This document shows, in pieces, positions 29,862 through 39,785 of a DNA stretch of 64,000 nt. Origin of the DNA: a virus (taxonomy: Duplodnaviria > Caudoviricetes); IMG/VR virus record IMGVR_UViG_3300029305_005547, positions 192,001-256,000 of that record, one strand, 5' to 3'. Positions within the stretch are counted from its first letter, which is position 1, and each line of letters starts with the position of its first letter. The position numbers and the translations under genes are program-made. The notes beneath the pieces were generated by a model, which ran no database searches, was not told the DNA's origin, and saw nothing but the letters and a program-made list of their open reading frames with translations.

Positions 29862-29874
29862 AATACCGACCTCC

Positions 29875-30222
29875 TTAGTATTTAACACCAAACATAGTCT
29901 CTACCATATTAATAATTGCAGGATTATGTTTTCTATGGTATTCTCTAATTTGTTCTTCGTATTTAGCATATTCATCTTTATCTTCATCCGGGATTTTCCA
30001 GCTATTACTATACTGGCATTTTTCTTCATGGCATAAAACACAGCTATAATTCATTATAGGACTTCCATCTTCTTTATATCCTAAGATGTAATTACAAGGT
30101 TTTCCATCTTTCATAGGAGGATACAATTTATCCCATTTCTCTTTTAACGGATTTACAGGAAAATCAGAAGTGTCAGTTCCATCTTCATTTATCACTGTTT
30201 TAACGCATGCTTCTTTTTCCAT
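29875..30222 (-). CDS. hypothetical protein
   Basis: AAGGAG RBS before ATG 30222. Confidence 0.65.
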   Translation of the reverse strand: MEKEACVKTVINEDGTDTSDFPVNPLKEKWDKLYPPMKDGKPCNYILGYKEDGSPIMNYSCVLCHEEKCQYSNSWKIPDEDKDEYAKYEEQIREYHRKHNPAIINMVETMFGVKY

Positions 30223-30223
30223 G

Positions 30224-30697
30224 TTAGTTCTCCTTCTCAAAAGCTTCAGGCGCTTCCTGATATGCTAAAATTACATAAGACTCATTGATGTCTAATGTTT
30301 CATCGATACAGAAACCTGTATCATGATAATCTAAAAACTCTATTGTTTTATAGCTATCTGATATTTCGCCATTATCAGTTTCAGTAATGAATTCAATCGT
30401 TAAAATATAAGTCTTCTCTGGAACAAAAGGATTTTCAGACTCCGGATTAAATTTAATCCAATCACCGTTATCTTCTTTACTTTCATCATAAATTTCAGGA
30501 AGTTCATCCCATGCAATAACACGATATTCATCGCTTTCGGATGATGTTTTCCAAATAAAATTTCCATCACGAGTTTCTTCATAAATATCCTTACTTACAA
30601 AATTAGGTTCCATTAAAAGAGAACCGTCAAATGTTACGGTATACCATTTTTCAGGAATAGGATTTTCAATTGAAGCGTCTTTCCAATTAGATTTCAT
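30224..30697 (-). CDS. tandem DUF551-like domain protein
   Basis: Two copies of W..xxxENP.PEK.Y..T ... (V/I)(I/L)A(W/Y)xExPE; early promoter at 30720-30727. Confidence 0.6.
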   Translation of the reverse strand: MKSNWKDASIENPIPEKWYTVTFDGSLLMEPNFVSKDIYEETRDGNFIWKTSSESDEYRVIAWDELPEIYDESKEDNGDWIKFNPESENPFVPEKTYILTIEFITETDNGEISDSYKTIEFLDYHDTGFCIDETLDINESYVILAYQEAPEAFEKEN

Positions 30698-30725
30698 TTT
30701 TTTAATCTCCTTTACGAAAATAATA

Positions 30726-30756
30726 TAAGACTAGGTAAATTATTTACCTAGTCTTA
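30726..30756 (-). terminator. stem-loop terminator
   Basis: TAAGACTAGGTAAAT/ATTTACCTAGTCTTA. Confidence 0.7.
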
Positions 30757-30761
30757 TTAAT

Positions 30762-31538
30762 CTACATAAGTCCCTTAATCTGTTCGATTTTATCAACACA
30801 TTCGCACATATATTTATATTGATCTTCATCAATTAAATACAATTTTGCATTCTTCATAAGTAAACGATACTGATCAAGTTGTTTACCTATTGAATCTAGT
30901 GCACTATTCTGGAGTTTTTCTAATATAATTAACTCTCTTTTTAAAGTTGATAATAATGCTCCACGAGTTTCATCATCAAGTGTTGAATCTTTGTCAGATT
31001 CCAGTTCAGCAATCTTATCAACTACCATACGATAACAAACCATTTGCGATTCATACCATATATTACGTTTTTCGATCCCAGCTAATTGATATCTTTTAGG
31101 ACCTGCTAATCCACACATATTCTTCACAAATGTGTTTAAATTATCCATAATTCTGGAGAACTCCATAGTTCTAGGATAAACATATTTTTGTATATTTCTG
31201 TTACTGCAGTTTTCTGAGAAATTACGAGATATCACTTCACATTCAGGTGCTGAGTATGCAGGGAATGCAATCAATTTATCAGGACACATTGCCACAATAT
31301 CAATCCCATTCTCGATAAGTTTATCAATTACTGCAAATGAATCAACTTCGATAATAATAAGATCTAAGTTTTCTATAGCCATATTCAAAAATTCAACATG
31401 ACTTGATACTAAAGAATCGGGAATACCTCGAATGTAATGAAATAAAACATTACAGCCTTCATCTATTAATTTATACGAATCCTGCAAATAACCTTGTAAT
31501 GAACCTAAAGGACATATAACAATTTTTATTTTATTCAT
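30762..31538 (-). CDS. hypothetical protein
   Basis: Long ORF; probable start at ATG 31538. Confidence 0.7.
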   Translation of the reverse strand: MNKIKIVICPLGSLQGYLQDSYKLIDEGCNVLFHYIRGIPDSLVSSHVEFLNMAIENLDLIIIEVDSFAVIDKLIENGIDIVAMCPDKLIAFPAYSAPECEVISRNFSENCSNRNIQKYVYPRTMEFSRIMDNLNTFVKNMCGLAGPKRYQLAGIEKRNIWYESQMVCYRMVVDKIAELESDKDSTLDDETRGALLSTLKRELIILEKLQNSALDSIGKQLDQYRLLMKNAKLYLIDEDQYKYMCECVDKIEQIKGLM

Positions 31539-31542
31539 TTCT

Positions 31543-33033
31543 TTACCATCCTTCTTTAATATTAGTAATTCCATGATCTAATATTTCAATATCAGATATT
31601 TCTTTTGCAACACGTTCAAGTTCTTTTGTATGAGCAGTTTTTACTGTTTCCATAAATGGAATATTGATATCAATCAAATCATAAAAATAGGTATCATCAC
31701 CTTTAAACCTATCCAATCTACCTTTTAACTGATGAGTCATTATTCTTGATGAATGCGGCTCAATACAAATTATAGTTTGTAAATTAGGTGGATTAAATCC
31801 AGTTCCACATGATTTAATCGTTGAACTAATGATATCACAGTTCTGGTTCTTGAAATTGATTTCTTCACTATTATCGGAAAATATAGTTCCTATACTGCGA
31901 GATTTACCGACAATCTCGGACAAGAATTCTGCAATAAATGTTACAGATTCCTTCTTTGGCGTTACTATTAATATCTGTCCATCACGATCTAAGCATTCAT
32001 GAAGAACAAATCGTAATGCATGAAGAACTTTCTTCTCAGGATCACACTTAAGAGCACCATCTATAAATTTATAAGATGAAAACCCATGAGCAGATTTCAT
32101 TGCCATTACATATTTAAGAGGAATCTTACTCTTATATAATACTGGATGATAATGAATCTTTTTAACATAATCCCTGTTTTCATCATTATACTTACAAGAT
32201 GCACTAAGCATTAACTGAAATACTTTGTTTTCTTGTTTATTACTTCTTCCATAAGTTGCTGTGAGATAAAATGTTTTTTCAACATTAGTATTCGCATCAA
32301 TTACAAAAATAGATGAAATGAATTCATGACATTCATCATATACTTTAAGTCCTATACCAGCAACTTTCATAAATTCATTTACATCTCTCCAACCATACAA
32401 TTTAGCATATGATTGAATAGTTTGATGCATAACTATATACACATCGGCATCAACTTCAGCTTCAAGAACACGTCTAATTCCATCAGTATCAACTTGCATA
32501 ATTCTATCTTCTGGAATATTTGTGAATTTAGCTATTTCGGATTTCCAATGTGATGATAAATATTCTCTATTCACAACAATAAGAGTTTTAACCCCTAACT
32601 GTGTAAATGAGTTTATAGCACAATATGTTTTACCACCAGCTGTTTCCAGATTAAGTGTATATTGACAATATGCAATTCTGGATGCATATTTTCCAGTCGC
32701 AGTTAAAAACTCAACACTATCTGTTTGAACTTGTGATCTTGGTGGTATCAATACTTCGTATTTTTCACTCATCTTTTGTTTCGGATTAGCTTTATAATTC
32801 ATCGTAGCTTTGCATCCAAAATACTCTTCGAGAGCTTCTATATTAATTCCTTTTGGAATAAATAAAACATCTTCGCGAATGAAGTATGCAACTGCTTCAT
32901 ATCGTCCATGTTTTTTAGTTATTTGATTCCATCTAGATAATGCTTTTTCCAATTCAAAATATTCTCCTTTTACATACGGAGAAATTTCTATATGTGTATG
33001 AAACACATCTATTCGTTTTTGCATAAGAATCAC
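31543..33033 (-). CDS. superfamily 2 DNA helicase (UvsW/XPB-like)
   Basis: LETAGGKT, YDECH, LTAT, GTGFNPPNL and QLKGRL motifs. Confidence 0.88.
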   Translation of the reverse strand: MILMQKRIDVFHTHIEISPYVKGEYFELEKALSRWNQITKKHGRYEAVAYFIREDVLFIPKGINIEALEEYFGCKATMNYKANPKQKMSEKYEVLIPPRSQVQTDSVEFLTATGKYASRIAYCQYTLNLETAGGKTYCAINSFTQLGVKTLIVVNREYLSSHWKSEIAKFTNIPEDRIMQVDTDGIRRVLEAEVDADVYIVMHQTIQSYAKLYGWRDVNEFMKVAGIGLKVYDECHEFISSIFVIDANTNVEKTFYLTATYGRSNKQENKVFQLMLSASCKYNDENRDYVKKIHYHPVLYKSKIPLKYVMAMKSAHGFSSYKFIDGALKCDPEKKVLHALRFVLHECLDRDGQILIVTPKKESVTFIAEFLSEIVGKSRSIGTIFSDNSEEINFKNQNCDIISSTIKSCGTGFNPPNLQTIICIEPHSSRIMTHQLKGRLDRFKGDDTYFYDLIDINIPFMETVKTAHTKELERVAKEISDIEILDHGITNIKEGW

Positions 33034-33230
33034 CTCAAAAAAGGAACGAGTTATATTTCAAACTCGTTCCCGTGGTATTAATTTGATTTAAAAGCCCTGT
33101 TAACTTTCATAGAATTAAATCCTTTGGAATTTAAATTCTTCTGGTTTCCACCAAAGAACGAACTTTTATTCCTGGAAGGAATAGAGTTATTGGCTTTTTT
33201 CTTTTTATCTTTCGGCATGACTGCATCCTC

Positions 33231-33446
33231 CTAACACATGTAGATGAAAGCATATTTCATAATCAGGAATTTATCAGCATCAGTGAAACCTGCAAGCAAC
33301 TTATCAATTGTTGCACTTTTCTCACCTTCACTACCGGGTCCGCTTAAGTGTTTAGCAATCTCCTTACCTGCTTTCTTAATGGATGCATCTTTTTCCTCTC
33401 TAATATCATCAAGAGAAGATTTAAGTTGTACAAATGATTTTGCCAT
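33231..33446 (-). CDS. small hypothetical protein
   Basis: AAGGAG RBS. Confidence 0.65.
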   Translation of the reverse strand: MAKSFVQLKSSLDDIREEKDASIKKAGKEIAKHLSGPGSEGEKSATIDKLLAGFTDADKFLIMKYAFIYMC

Positions 33447-33463
33447 AAGTAATCACTCCTTCT

Positions 33464-34294
33464 TTATTTTATTAAAACACCGTTAACCGAAACTTCATTT
33501 GTCATGTTATCGATTCTTGCATCAGATGTCGTGTACTTACATGTGAACGTTGTAACCTCTTCTGTAAATACAGGTCTAATGTCATCAATTGCTGCCGGAA
33601 AGATATTTGGAAGAGAAGCTTTCCCTGACATAAGAATATTCGCAAGTTCAGACTTCATAGATCTTTCAAATACTGATTTAGCAGCATACAACAATGTATT
33701 TTTGATGAGGGATGGTGAAACTGGTTCTTTAACATTAAATGAAGCAACAACAGCAACACTAGTCACAAGAACAAACCACTTGTCATAAGGTGATTCATTA
33801 TCCTCTACCTTAAATGGTCTAACCGGAATTGAAACTGAAACTTCTGCTGTGATTTCATTAAATCCACTACTCTTCTCCGTTATATAAGTAAAGGCTGCAT
33901 CGAAAATTCCATTAGGATTCTTATGCAAGATATGATCTTTCTTGGAATTATCAATTGTATATACGACAGGAGATGATGCGATACGGAAATCTTTAACCGG
34001 TAATGAATCCACATCATCAGCAATTGTAACCATCGCTGTATAAGGGATATTCATTGTATATTCATCAGTATCTTCACCAATCCGAACTGTATTTTTAGAT
34101 TCACACAGTTGCATAAGTTCAATAGAAGTATCTTCCTGCTCAGAAACATATCCAGCTATTTCCTTAATGGAATCCAAATCTTCAACTTCAAGATCATCAC
34201 CAGGTTTATGGTTAAGATCTATATTTGTAAGGTTTCTTACAGTTTCAGCAAATTCTGTATTAACGGGTTCATTATTTTTCTTTTTTCCAAACAT
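33464..34294 (-). CDS. hypothetical protein
   Basis: AAGGAG RBS; 276 aa. Confidence 0.75.
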   Translation of the reverse strand: MFGKKKNNEPVNTEFAETVRNLTNIDLNHKPGDDLEVEDLDSIKEIAGYVSEQEDTSIELMQLCESKNTVRIGEDTDEYTMNIPYTAMVTIADDVDSLPVKDFRIASSPVVYTIDNSKKDHILHKNPNGIFDAAFTYITEKSSGFNEITAEVSVSIPVRPFKVEDNESPYDKWFVLVTSVAVVASFNVKEPVSPSLIKNTLLYAAKSVFERSMKSELANILMSGKASLPNIFPAAIDDIRPVFTEEVTTFTCKYTTSDARIDNMTNEVSVNGVLIK

Positions 34295-34322
34295 GATTAG
34301 GTCTCCTTCTTAATTGGTATTT

Positions 34323-35102
34323 TTATAAGTTCTCTGATAAGAACTCTTTAATCTCATCCTTCTTTACTACATTCAGAGAGTCATTACGACTCTTATAAAC
34401 GATGTAATCTCTGATAGGATCTTCGTTATCTGTTCCACTATCTTTCAGTATAATAACACAATCAACTCCAAGAATTTCAATCCATGTCTGCCAAACAGTT
34501 GTAGAAACTTTTGTAGATGAATTAAGACCTTGAAATAGATTACTGAAAGCATAAGCTTTAGATAACTTCTTTCTGTATTTAGTTGTAGCGACATTCTTTA
34601 TCAAAAAGACTGTCTTAATTAATTTCTTAAGAAAGTCATCTTCCTCAAGAATCTCAGGAACATACGGAGCTGAAGATGATGCAATGTATGCACTGTTTTC
34701 ATCTTTTCCAAAATCTGCATCAACCGGTGTTCTTGAGCATATTAAATTGAGTCTTTGATTTTCCACACTTTCATACGTGATTTCACCATCACATATTGAA
34801 GGAATCGTTACAATACCGAGTTCCTTATCAATACTGATCATCGGAAATTCTTTAGCTCTTGAAGGGAGTTTCTTCTTATACTTCCATACTTTACCGTCAT
34901 GAATATAGTAAGAATTCTCAATAAGTTCATTAGAACTTGATTCTGCAAATTCTCCGATAATCATTATATGTTTCCCTTGAATAGTCGCATGAAGTGGGAA
35001 AGTCATTTGCTTTTGAGTCTCATCTGTTTCATTTTTAGATGAACCAAATATTCTGCATTTTTCGATTGCTTCATCGATTTGTGATGTAGTATTCTCACTC
35101 AT
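34323..35102 (-). CDS. hypothetical protein
   Basis: AAGGAG RBS; early promoter at 35129-35136. Confidence 0.75.
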   Translation of the reverse strand: MSENTTSQIDEAIEKCRIFGSSKNETDETQKQMTFPLHATIQGKHIMIIGEFAESSSNELIENSYYIHDGKVWKYKKKLPSRAKEFPMISIDKELGIVTIPSICDGEITYESVENQRLNLICSRTPVDADFGKDENSAYIASSSAPYVPEILEEDDFLKKLIKTVFLIKNVATTKYRKKLSKAYAFSNLFQGLNSSTKVSTTVWQTWIEILGVDCVIILKDSGTDNEDPIRDYIVYKSRNDSLNVVKKDEIKEFLSENL

Positions 35103-35145
35103 TGGTTAGGTTTCTCCTTTCTAAATAAATAATATATCAATTCAA

Positions 35146-35874
35146 TTATGAAGACACTATCTGTTCTCTAGGGATATTAAGCCCATAAACAGTATCTGGT
35201 TTCATTGTAGAAAGACCTAATGCCATCTGTGTAGCCTGCATTGAAATCTGTGCAGGTTTTATTGAATCGAGTATATCTATAAAAGCCGCAAGTTCATCTA
35301 CAGTAAGTTCAGCAATTGTATTATTTGAAGGATTAATCATTCTTATTCCTTCATATATACTATACTCATTATTACCTGTCATTTCACGTATTATACAATA
35401 CATGATTTCAATAATAGAACCCCTTATAGGAAGAAGTTGTTTTTCTCTTTTTACAATATCTTCATTTATCTGCAATTGGTTATTTACAAGATAAAATAAA
35501 TCTTGTCTACTAAAACCTCTTTGCATACTACGAAGTGTTTGTTTAAGAGCATTTAAATGAGTATGAGATAAATATACTGTAGTTTTAGAATCAAATCTTC
35601 CGTCCATACTTCTCATATTAAACGGATAATCAATTAATGGTGAACTTGATAAATATAATGACTGTCCATCTATCGACTGAATATGTACTCTGGATGGACT
35701 AACCACTTTACCGAATTTTTGGTTCCTTAATATTGTATCCTGATTATGAGTAAACCTAATCCGTAACTTTAGCGTAAGATTCTTTGGGACCATCGGAAGT
35801 TCTATCAGAACCTTGTCCACTTTCCCTTGAAACGGATTCTTCACTCCTTGAAACATCTGATTTTGGTCTTGCAT
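35146..35874 (-). CDS. hypothetical protein (start uncertain)
   Basis: GGAG RBS before ATG 35874; overlaps the 3' end of the upstream gene. Confidence 0.6.
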   Translation of the reverse strand: MQDQNQMFQGVKNPFQGKVDKVLIELPMVPKNLTLKLRIRFTHNQDTILRNQKFGKVVSPSRVHIQSIDGQSLYLSSSPLIDYPFNMRSMDGRFDSKTTVYLSHTHLNALKQTLRSMQRGFSRQDLFYLVNNQLQINEDIVKREKQLLPIRGSIIEIMYCIIREMTGNNEYSIYEGIRMINPSNNTIAELTVDELAAFIDILDSIKPAQISMQATQMALGLSTMKPDTVYGLNIPREQIVSS

Positions 35875-36220
35875 TCTTATCATCTCCAATAATATCTTTT
35901 TCATTATCCGCCTGGACTTTACCAAATAATACCAATGCACACTGTGCCATGATATTAGATGCTTCAACATAACCACCGGCAAGCTGAGCACTTCTTGCAA
36001 TTTCAGAAAATCGGTGGTAAATATTTCTTTTTGTGTTAAGTTCCTTATTTTCAAGCAGATATCTTTCAATGGATTTAAACAACCCAAATACTTGACATAC
36101 TAACAAGAATAATATAATCACAGAAAGACATGAGAAAAGTATAACAAACCATACCACTAATCCCTGATGCCCATCTGCTAATTTAAGTAAGAAGTCAAAA
36201 ATCAATTTTAATACTTCCAT
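35756..36220 (-). CDS. single-pass membrane protein
   Basis: AAGGAG RBS before ATG 36220; GLVVWFVILFSCLSVIILFLLV. Confidence 0.65.
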   Translation of the reverse strand: MEVLKLIFDFLLKLADGHQGLVVWFVILFSCLSVIILFLLVCQVFGLFKSIERYLLENKELNTKRNIYHRFSEIARSAQLAGGYVEASNIMAQCALVLFGKVQADNEKDIIGDDKNARPKSDVSRSEESVSRESGQGSDRTSDGPKESYAKVTD

Positions 36221-36253
36221 TGGTTTTACTCCTTTCATATAAGAGGATGATGA

Positions 36254-39200
36254 TTACTCATCATCCTCAGTATCCTCATAATCCGTTGTGACTTCGCCTG
36301 TTTCATGTTCAGCAATCATATCAGGTTCACGCTGGAAAATAACTGCAGGTTTATCCCTGAATACTCCATATGCGACAATGTCGTTATCAAGGAAATGCTC
36401 TACATAGTTCATAATTTCATAATACTCTTCTTTGGTCTCGAACTCAATTTCAATACATTCGTGACCTTCTTTCTTAATCAAACGATTAATATCCTTAACA
36501 AATTCTGTTAGGAAGAAATCAGGTTCTCCATCGTTATTAAAATAGAGACCTTTAATCTTACTGAACGGGGAAAGAATCCCGCTCGTACCTGGGTCACTGT
36601 TGCCGCAAGTTAACAAATCGAACTCACTAATAAATGACGGGTGTAATCCTCTATATTTAGCGGAAATGTTATTACTATTCTTGCGCCCTAATGAATGTGG
36701 ACCTTTGCTTCATATCAAATATTTTGATGCTGACTATATCATCATCCAACATAACTATTACCATTATATTGGAGCCTACCTTTTCGGAATTACTTCCTAC
36801 TCTACTTGGTTACTCACTATAGTATTTCTCTATAGCTATCCTTTCGATAGTCGATGAACACACAACCATTTCATTCATATAGTTAGTAGAAATAATAATC
36901 ATCAGAAATATCTGTCCAATGACGTCTTTCTTTAATACGCCTAATTAAATTCTCTGCTTTAGGATCCAACTTAAGTCTTTTTATTATTTCTTTAGTTGAA
37001 TATCCCATTTCAAGATTAACACAAATACGTCTAACCAAATCACTATCATATTTATGATTATTAGATTCATCACCATAACGTATTTTTTGTAATCCCATAG
37101 CAATAGAATGCTTTATGTTTTCAGATGATGTTACCCATTCTAAATCTTTAGCACCATTTTTACTTTTATCACCCTTCTTATGATTAACTTGAAGTTCTTC
37201 TAAAGTATATCCTTCAGGTAATGGTATAAAATGAATTGCTACTAATCTATGAATGGAGTATTCTTTTTGTTTACCTTTTTTCTTCGATGAAAGATTAACT
37301 CTATAGTATCCATTATGTTTCTTAATTGGTCGCAAAATTGTATCAGATTTTATAGAATAAATTCGTCCTTTATTACTAATCTCATACATACCTTCACGAA
37401 TATCTTCATAAACTAATGGAACCCATATTTCACCTTTCTTATTTATTCTAGGTATATTTCCTCTATTCTTTCCTATATGATTCACCTTCTTTCATTCATT
37501 ATAAATTGAATGAAATGGTTGCTTCGTTGCGGATTATATCAGTATATATTCTTTTTACTATACCTTTGGAGTTACCCATTGCCACTAAGTATATTACTAT
37601 CTTAGTTTAGTAAATATATACTACGGATACGTTCCCGCAGTTAGATAGGTTTTTCCAACACATTACTGTGTTTCGGGACAAGCCTTTCGTCCATTTAAAT
37701 TTGTTAAAGAATGTCATATCATTAATACACTCGTTGAAGCGCAAAATTCCTGAAACATGCATCTTCTGCAATTGATTTAATCAATTAGACTATATCTTCA
37801 TTTTATATTCTTTTATCAAATATAAAATGCCTCCCATTTCGGAATTACTTCCTACTCTACTTGGTTACTCACTATAGTATTTCTCTATAGCTACCCTTTC
37901 GATAGTCGTTGAACTTGTATCTATTCGTTTTAAATTAATTATTTCGTATTGCTTCAATTAATAAACCTGTAATTGGGGATTCGTCTATAACTATAACATC
38001 TTTAAATGATGTAACAGTTCTTTCTCCATTTGGGTCTACATTAAAATCTTTATCTAAATGATAAGGTGTTTCTTTTAAATCAGTTAATATTATTAGATGA
38101 CCTTCTTTCATTAGAAAAATTGCATTATCTGTTTCATTATTTAATCTAAACATCTTGATTACTTTATACTGCAATTCTTCATCAAGTTCTGAAACTAATA
38201 TATTTCCTAATGATTCTTGTATTTTATCTTTTATATTATTACCCATATATTAACTCCTTTTATTTTTTGTAACGAATAGATAATTAGCTGCGGATTATAT
38301 CTTAACTTACTCTTTTTACTATACCTTTGGAGTTACCCATTGCCACTAAGTATATTACTATCTTAGTTTAGTAAGTAAGTGTCATTGATTATGTCCCCGC
38401 AATTAAAGAGGTTTATTCTCACCCATTGTGTTAAATGAGAAGGGTTCCAGGGAATTTGAAAATGTCGCATATATTTTCAAGTGTTACCTTAGCACCCATG
38501 TTAATAATACGATTCAAACGTGTACTAAATTCTTGTGTAAGTAATGATGCTACGTATTCATAACAACGTAGTCTCTTATTTTCAAGAGACAAGTTATCTT
38601 TCATACGAAGCTGATTAAATTCCATCATAGCCCATCTGATAATAGCATAGACATCTTTCTTATGGTAATCATCAATCTTTAAAATCTTTCTTGTCGTTTC
38701 ATCGAGCATACGATTGAATGATGTTAAAGTATCCATACCTTTTTCAACTGTATTAGATGGAGTAAGTTTCTTAATGAAGTTCTCAGTATTATCAATCTGA
38801 GATAAATCAAAACGATTTGTAAGAATCTCTAAGAATCCTGCTACAACCGCTTGCACATAATTCCACTTCTCAAACATTTCCTCATTTACTTCCAAATAAC
38901 ATTTGGATGAAACCTGGAAATATAAACAATCATCTCTACGATTGTCAAGATTTGGAATTAAATGAATAATTGAATCTACCTTAAGGTAGATCAAGGCATA
39001 TTCAATACCAAAGTTTGCTGCTACAAACAGCATTACATCAGTCTCTCTATGGAACACAAAAGTTCTAAAGAGTGGTAACATATATCCTTTACCATCTACA
39101 TCTTCATGTACACAAGGTACACGTTTAATTACGATTGGCATAAGTGACTTAATAACAGTCGATGTTAAAGTCGTATATGTAGACTTTTCAAGAAGCTGGT

Positions 39201-39627
39201 AAATCATATAATACTTTCTTCCATTGATGAAAAGATATCCATCATCATCTTCAAGAGGAATAAGCATATCTTTGTTGATTACTTTCTCCCTAACTTTTTC
39301 CTGACCTGTCTTAGGGTCTTTTTCTGTAATACTGATTAATAGATGAACTGTAAGAAGTCCTACTCTATCATCATTGATCAATTTGTAGTCGTACTGATAT
39401 TTCTTGGGAACGTTTTTATTACGTTTGAAAATATGGCGATTAATATCAATCGTTGATTCTCTAGTATTAAATTCATACCCTAAGAACTTAATGTACTTTA
39501 CTACTTCCAGTGATTTCCATGAGTCAACAACATAGTCAACAAGTTCACCATCTGCTGACTTAGTCATTAAATCCACGTTTAATTCGTCTTCATAATCTCC
39601 TACGAAGTCTTTTAAAAACGGTAGCAT
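36254..39627 (-). CDS. phage RNA polymerase beta N-terminal subunit, three exons: 38434-39627, 37689-37768, 36254-36710 (about 576 aa spliced)
   Basis: Exon 1 has DDGYLFING and YQL (RpoB region). Splicing gives ...PGTLLI|QKMHVSGILRFNECINDMTFFNKFKWT|SKGPHSLG...YRGLHPSF..FDLLTCGNSDPG, which aligns with RpoB fork-loop SALGPGGL...RDVHPTHYG. Confidence 0.88.
36711..37688 (-). mobile_element. group I intron 2 (978 nt) with HNH endonuclease ORF
   Basis: P (AACTGCGGGAA), Q (AATCCGCAAC), R (GTTCATCGACTA) and S (ATGATATAGTCA) elements; terminal G; IGS GCTTGTCC complementary to the ligated exons GGAC|AAGC. Confidence 0.9.
36883..37485 (-). CDS. intron-encoded HNH homing endonuclease (NUMOD4 + HNH)
   Basis: YEISNKGRI (NUMOD4); IHRLVAIHFI...VNHKKGDKSKN...LEWVT..EN. 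Confidence 0.88.
   Translation of the reverse strand: MNHIGKNRGNIPRINKKGEIWVPLVYEDIREGMYEISNKGRIYSIKSDTILRPIKKHNGYYRVNLSSKKKGKQKEYSIHRLVAIHFIPLPEGYTLEELQVNHKKGDKSKNGAKDLEWVTSSENIKHSIAMGLQKIRYGDESNNHKYDSDLVRRICVNLEMGYSTKEIIKRLKLDPKAENLIRRIKERRHWTDISDDYYFY
37769..38433 (-). mobile_element. group I intron 1 (665 nt) with a non-nuclease ORF
   Basis: P (AATTGCGGGGAC), Q (AATCCGCAGC), R (GTTCAACGACTA) and S (AAGATATAGTCT) elements; P1 TTCTCATT/GGTGAGAA with U-G at the 5' site; terminal G at 37769. Confidence 0.9.
37935..38246 (-). CDS. intron-encoded hypothetical protein (103 aa, no recognisable nuclease motif)
   Basis: AAGGAG RBS; lies in the loop closed by TATCTATTCGTT/AACGAATAGATA. Confidence 0.7.
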   Translation of the reverse strand: MGNNIKDKIQESLGNILVSELDEELQYKVIKMFRLNNETDNAIFLMKEGHLIILTDLKETPYHLDKDFNVDPNGERTVTSFKDVIVIDESPITGLLIEAIRNN

Positions 39628-39785
39628 AAGATGTTCTCCTTTCCATTATTTCATATAAATAATAAATCATTAAAAGTTATTTCTTCAAAAAATAAAAGCC
39701 GATTTACATAACTTTTTATTTGGGTATAAAAAGGATTGACTCACAGGGTAAAACCTGCAAGACAATCCTCAAATACACTTATTTA

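Noticed and set aside
33133-33219. 28-codon ORF with a GGAGG RBS (MPKDKKKKPITLFLPG...)
   Set aside because: Could be real, but is too short to support without homologs or translation data.
36254-36616. Stand-alone 120-aa gene from the ORF track
   Set aside because: It is the 3' part of exon 3 of the spliced RNAP beta gene.
38431-38433. Premature stop or pseudogene in RNAP beta
   Set aside because: The TAA is the first three bases of intron 1 and is removed by splicing.
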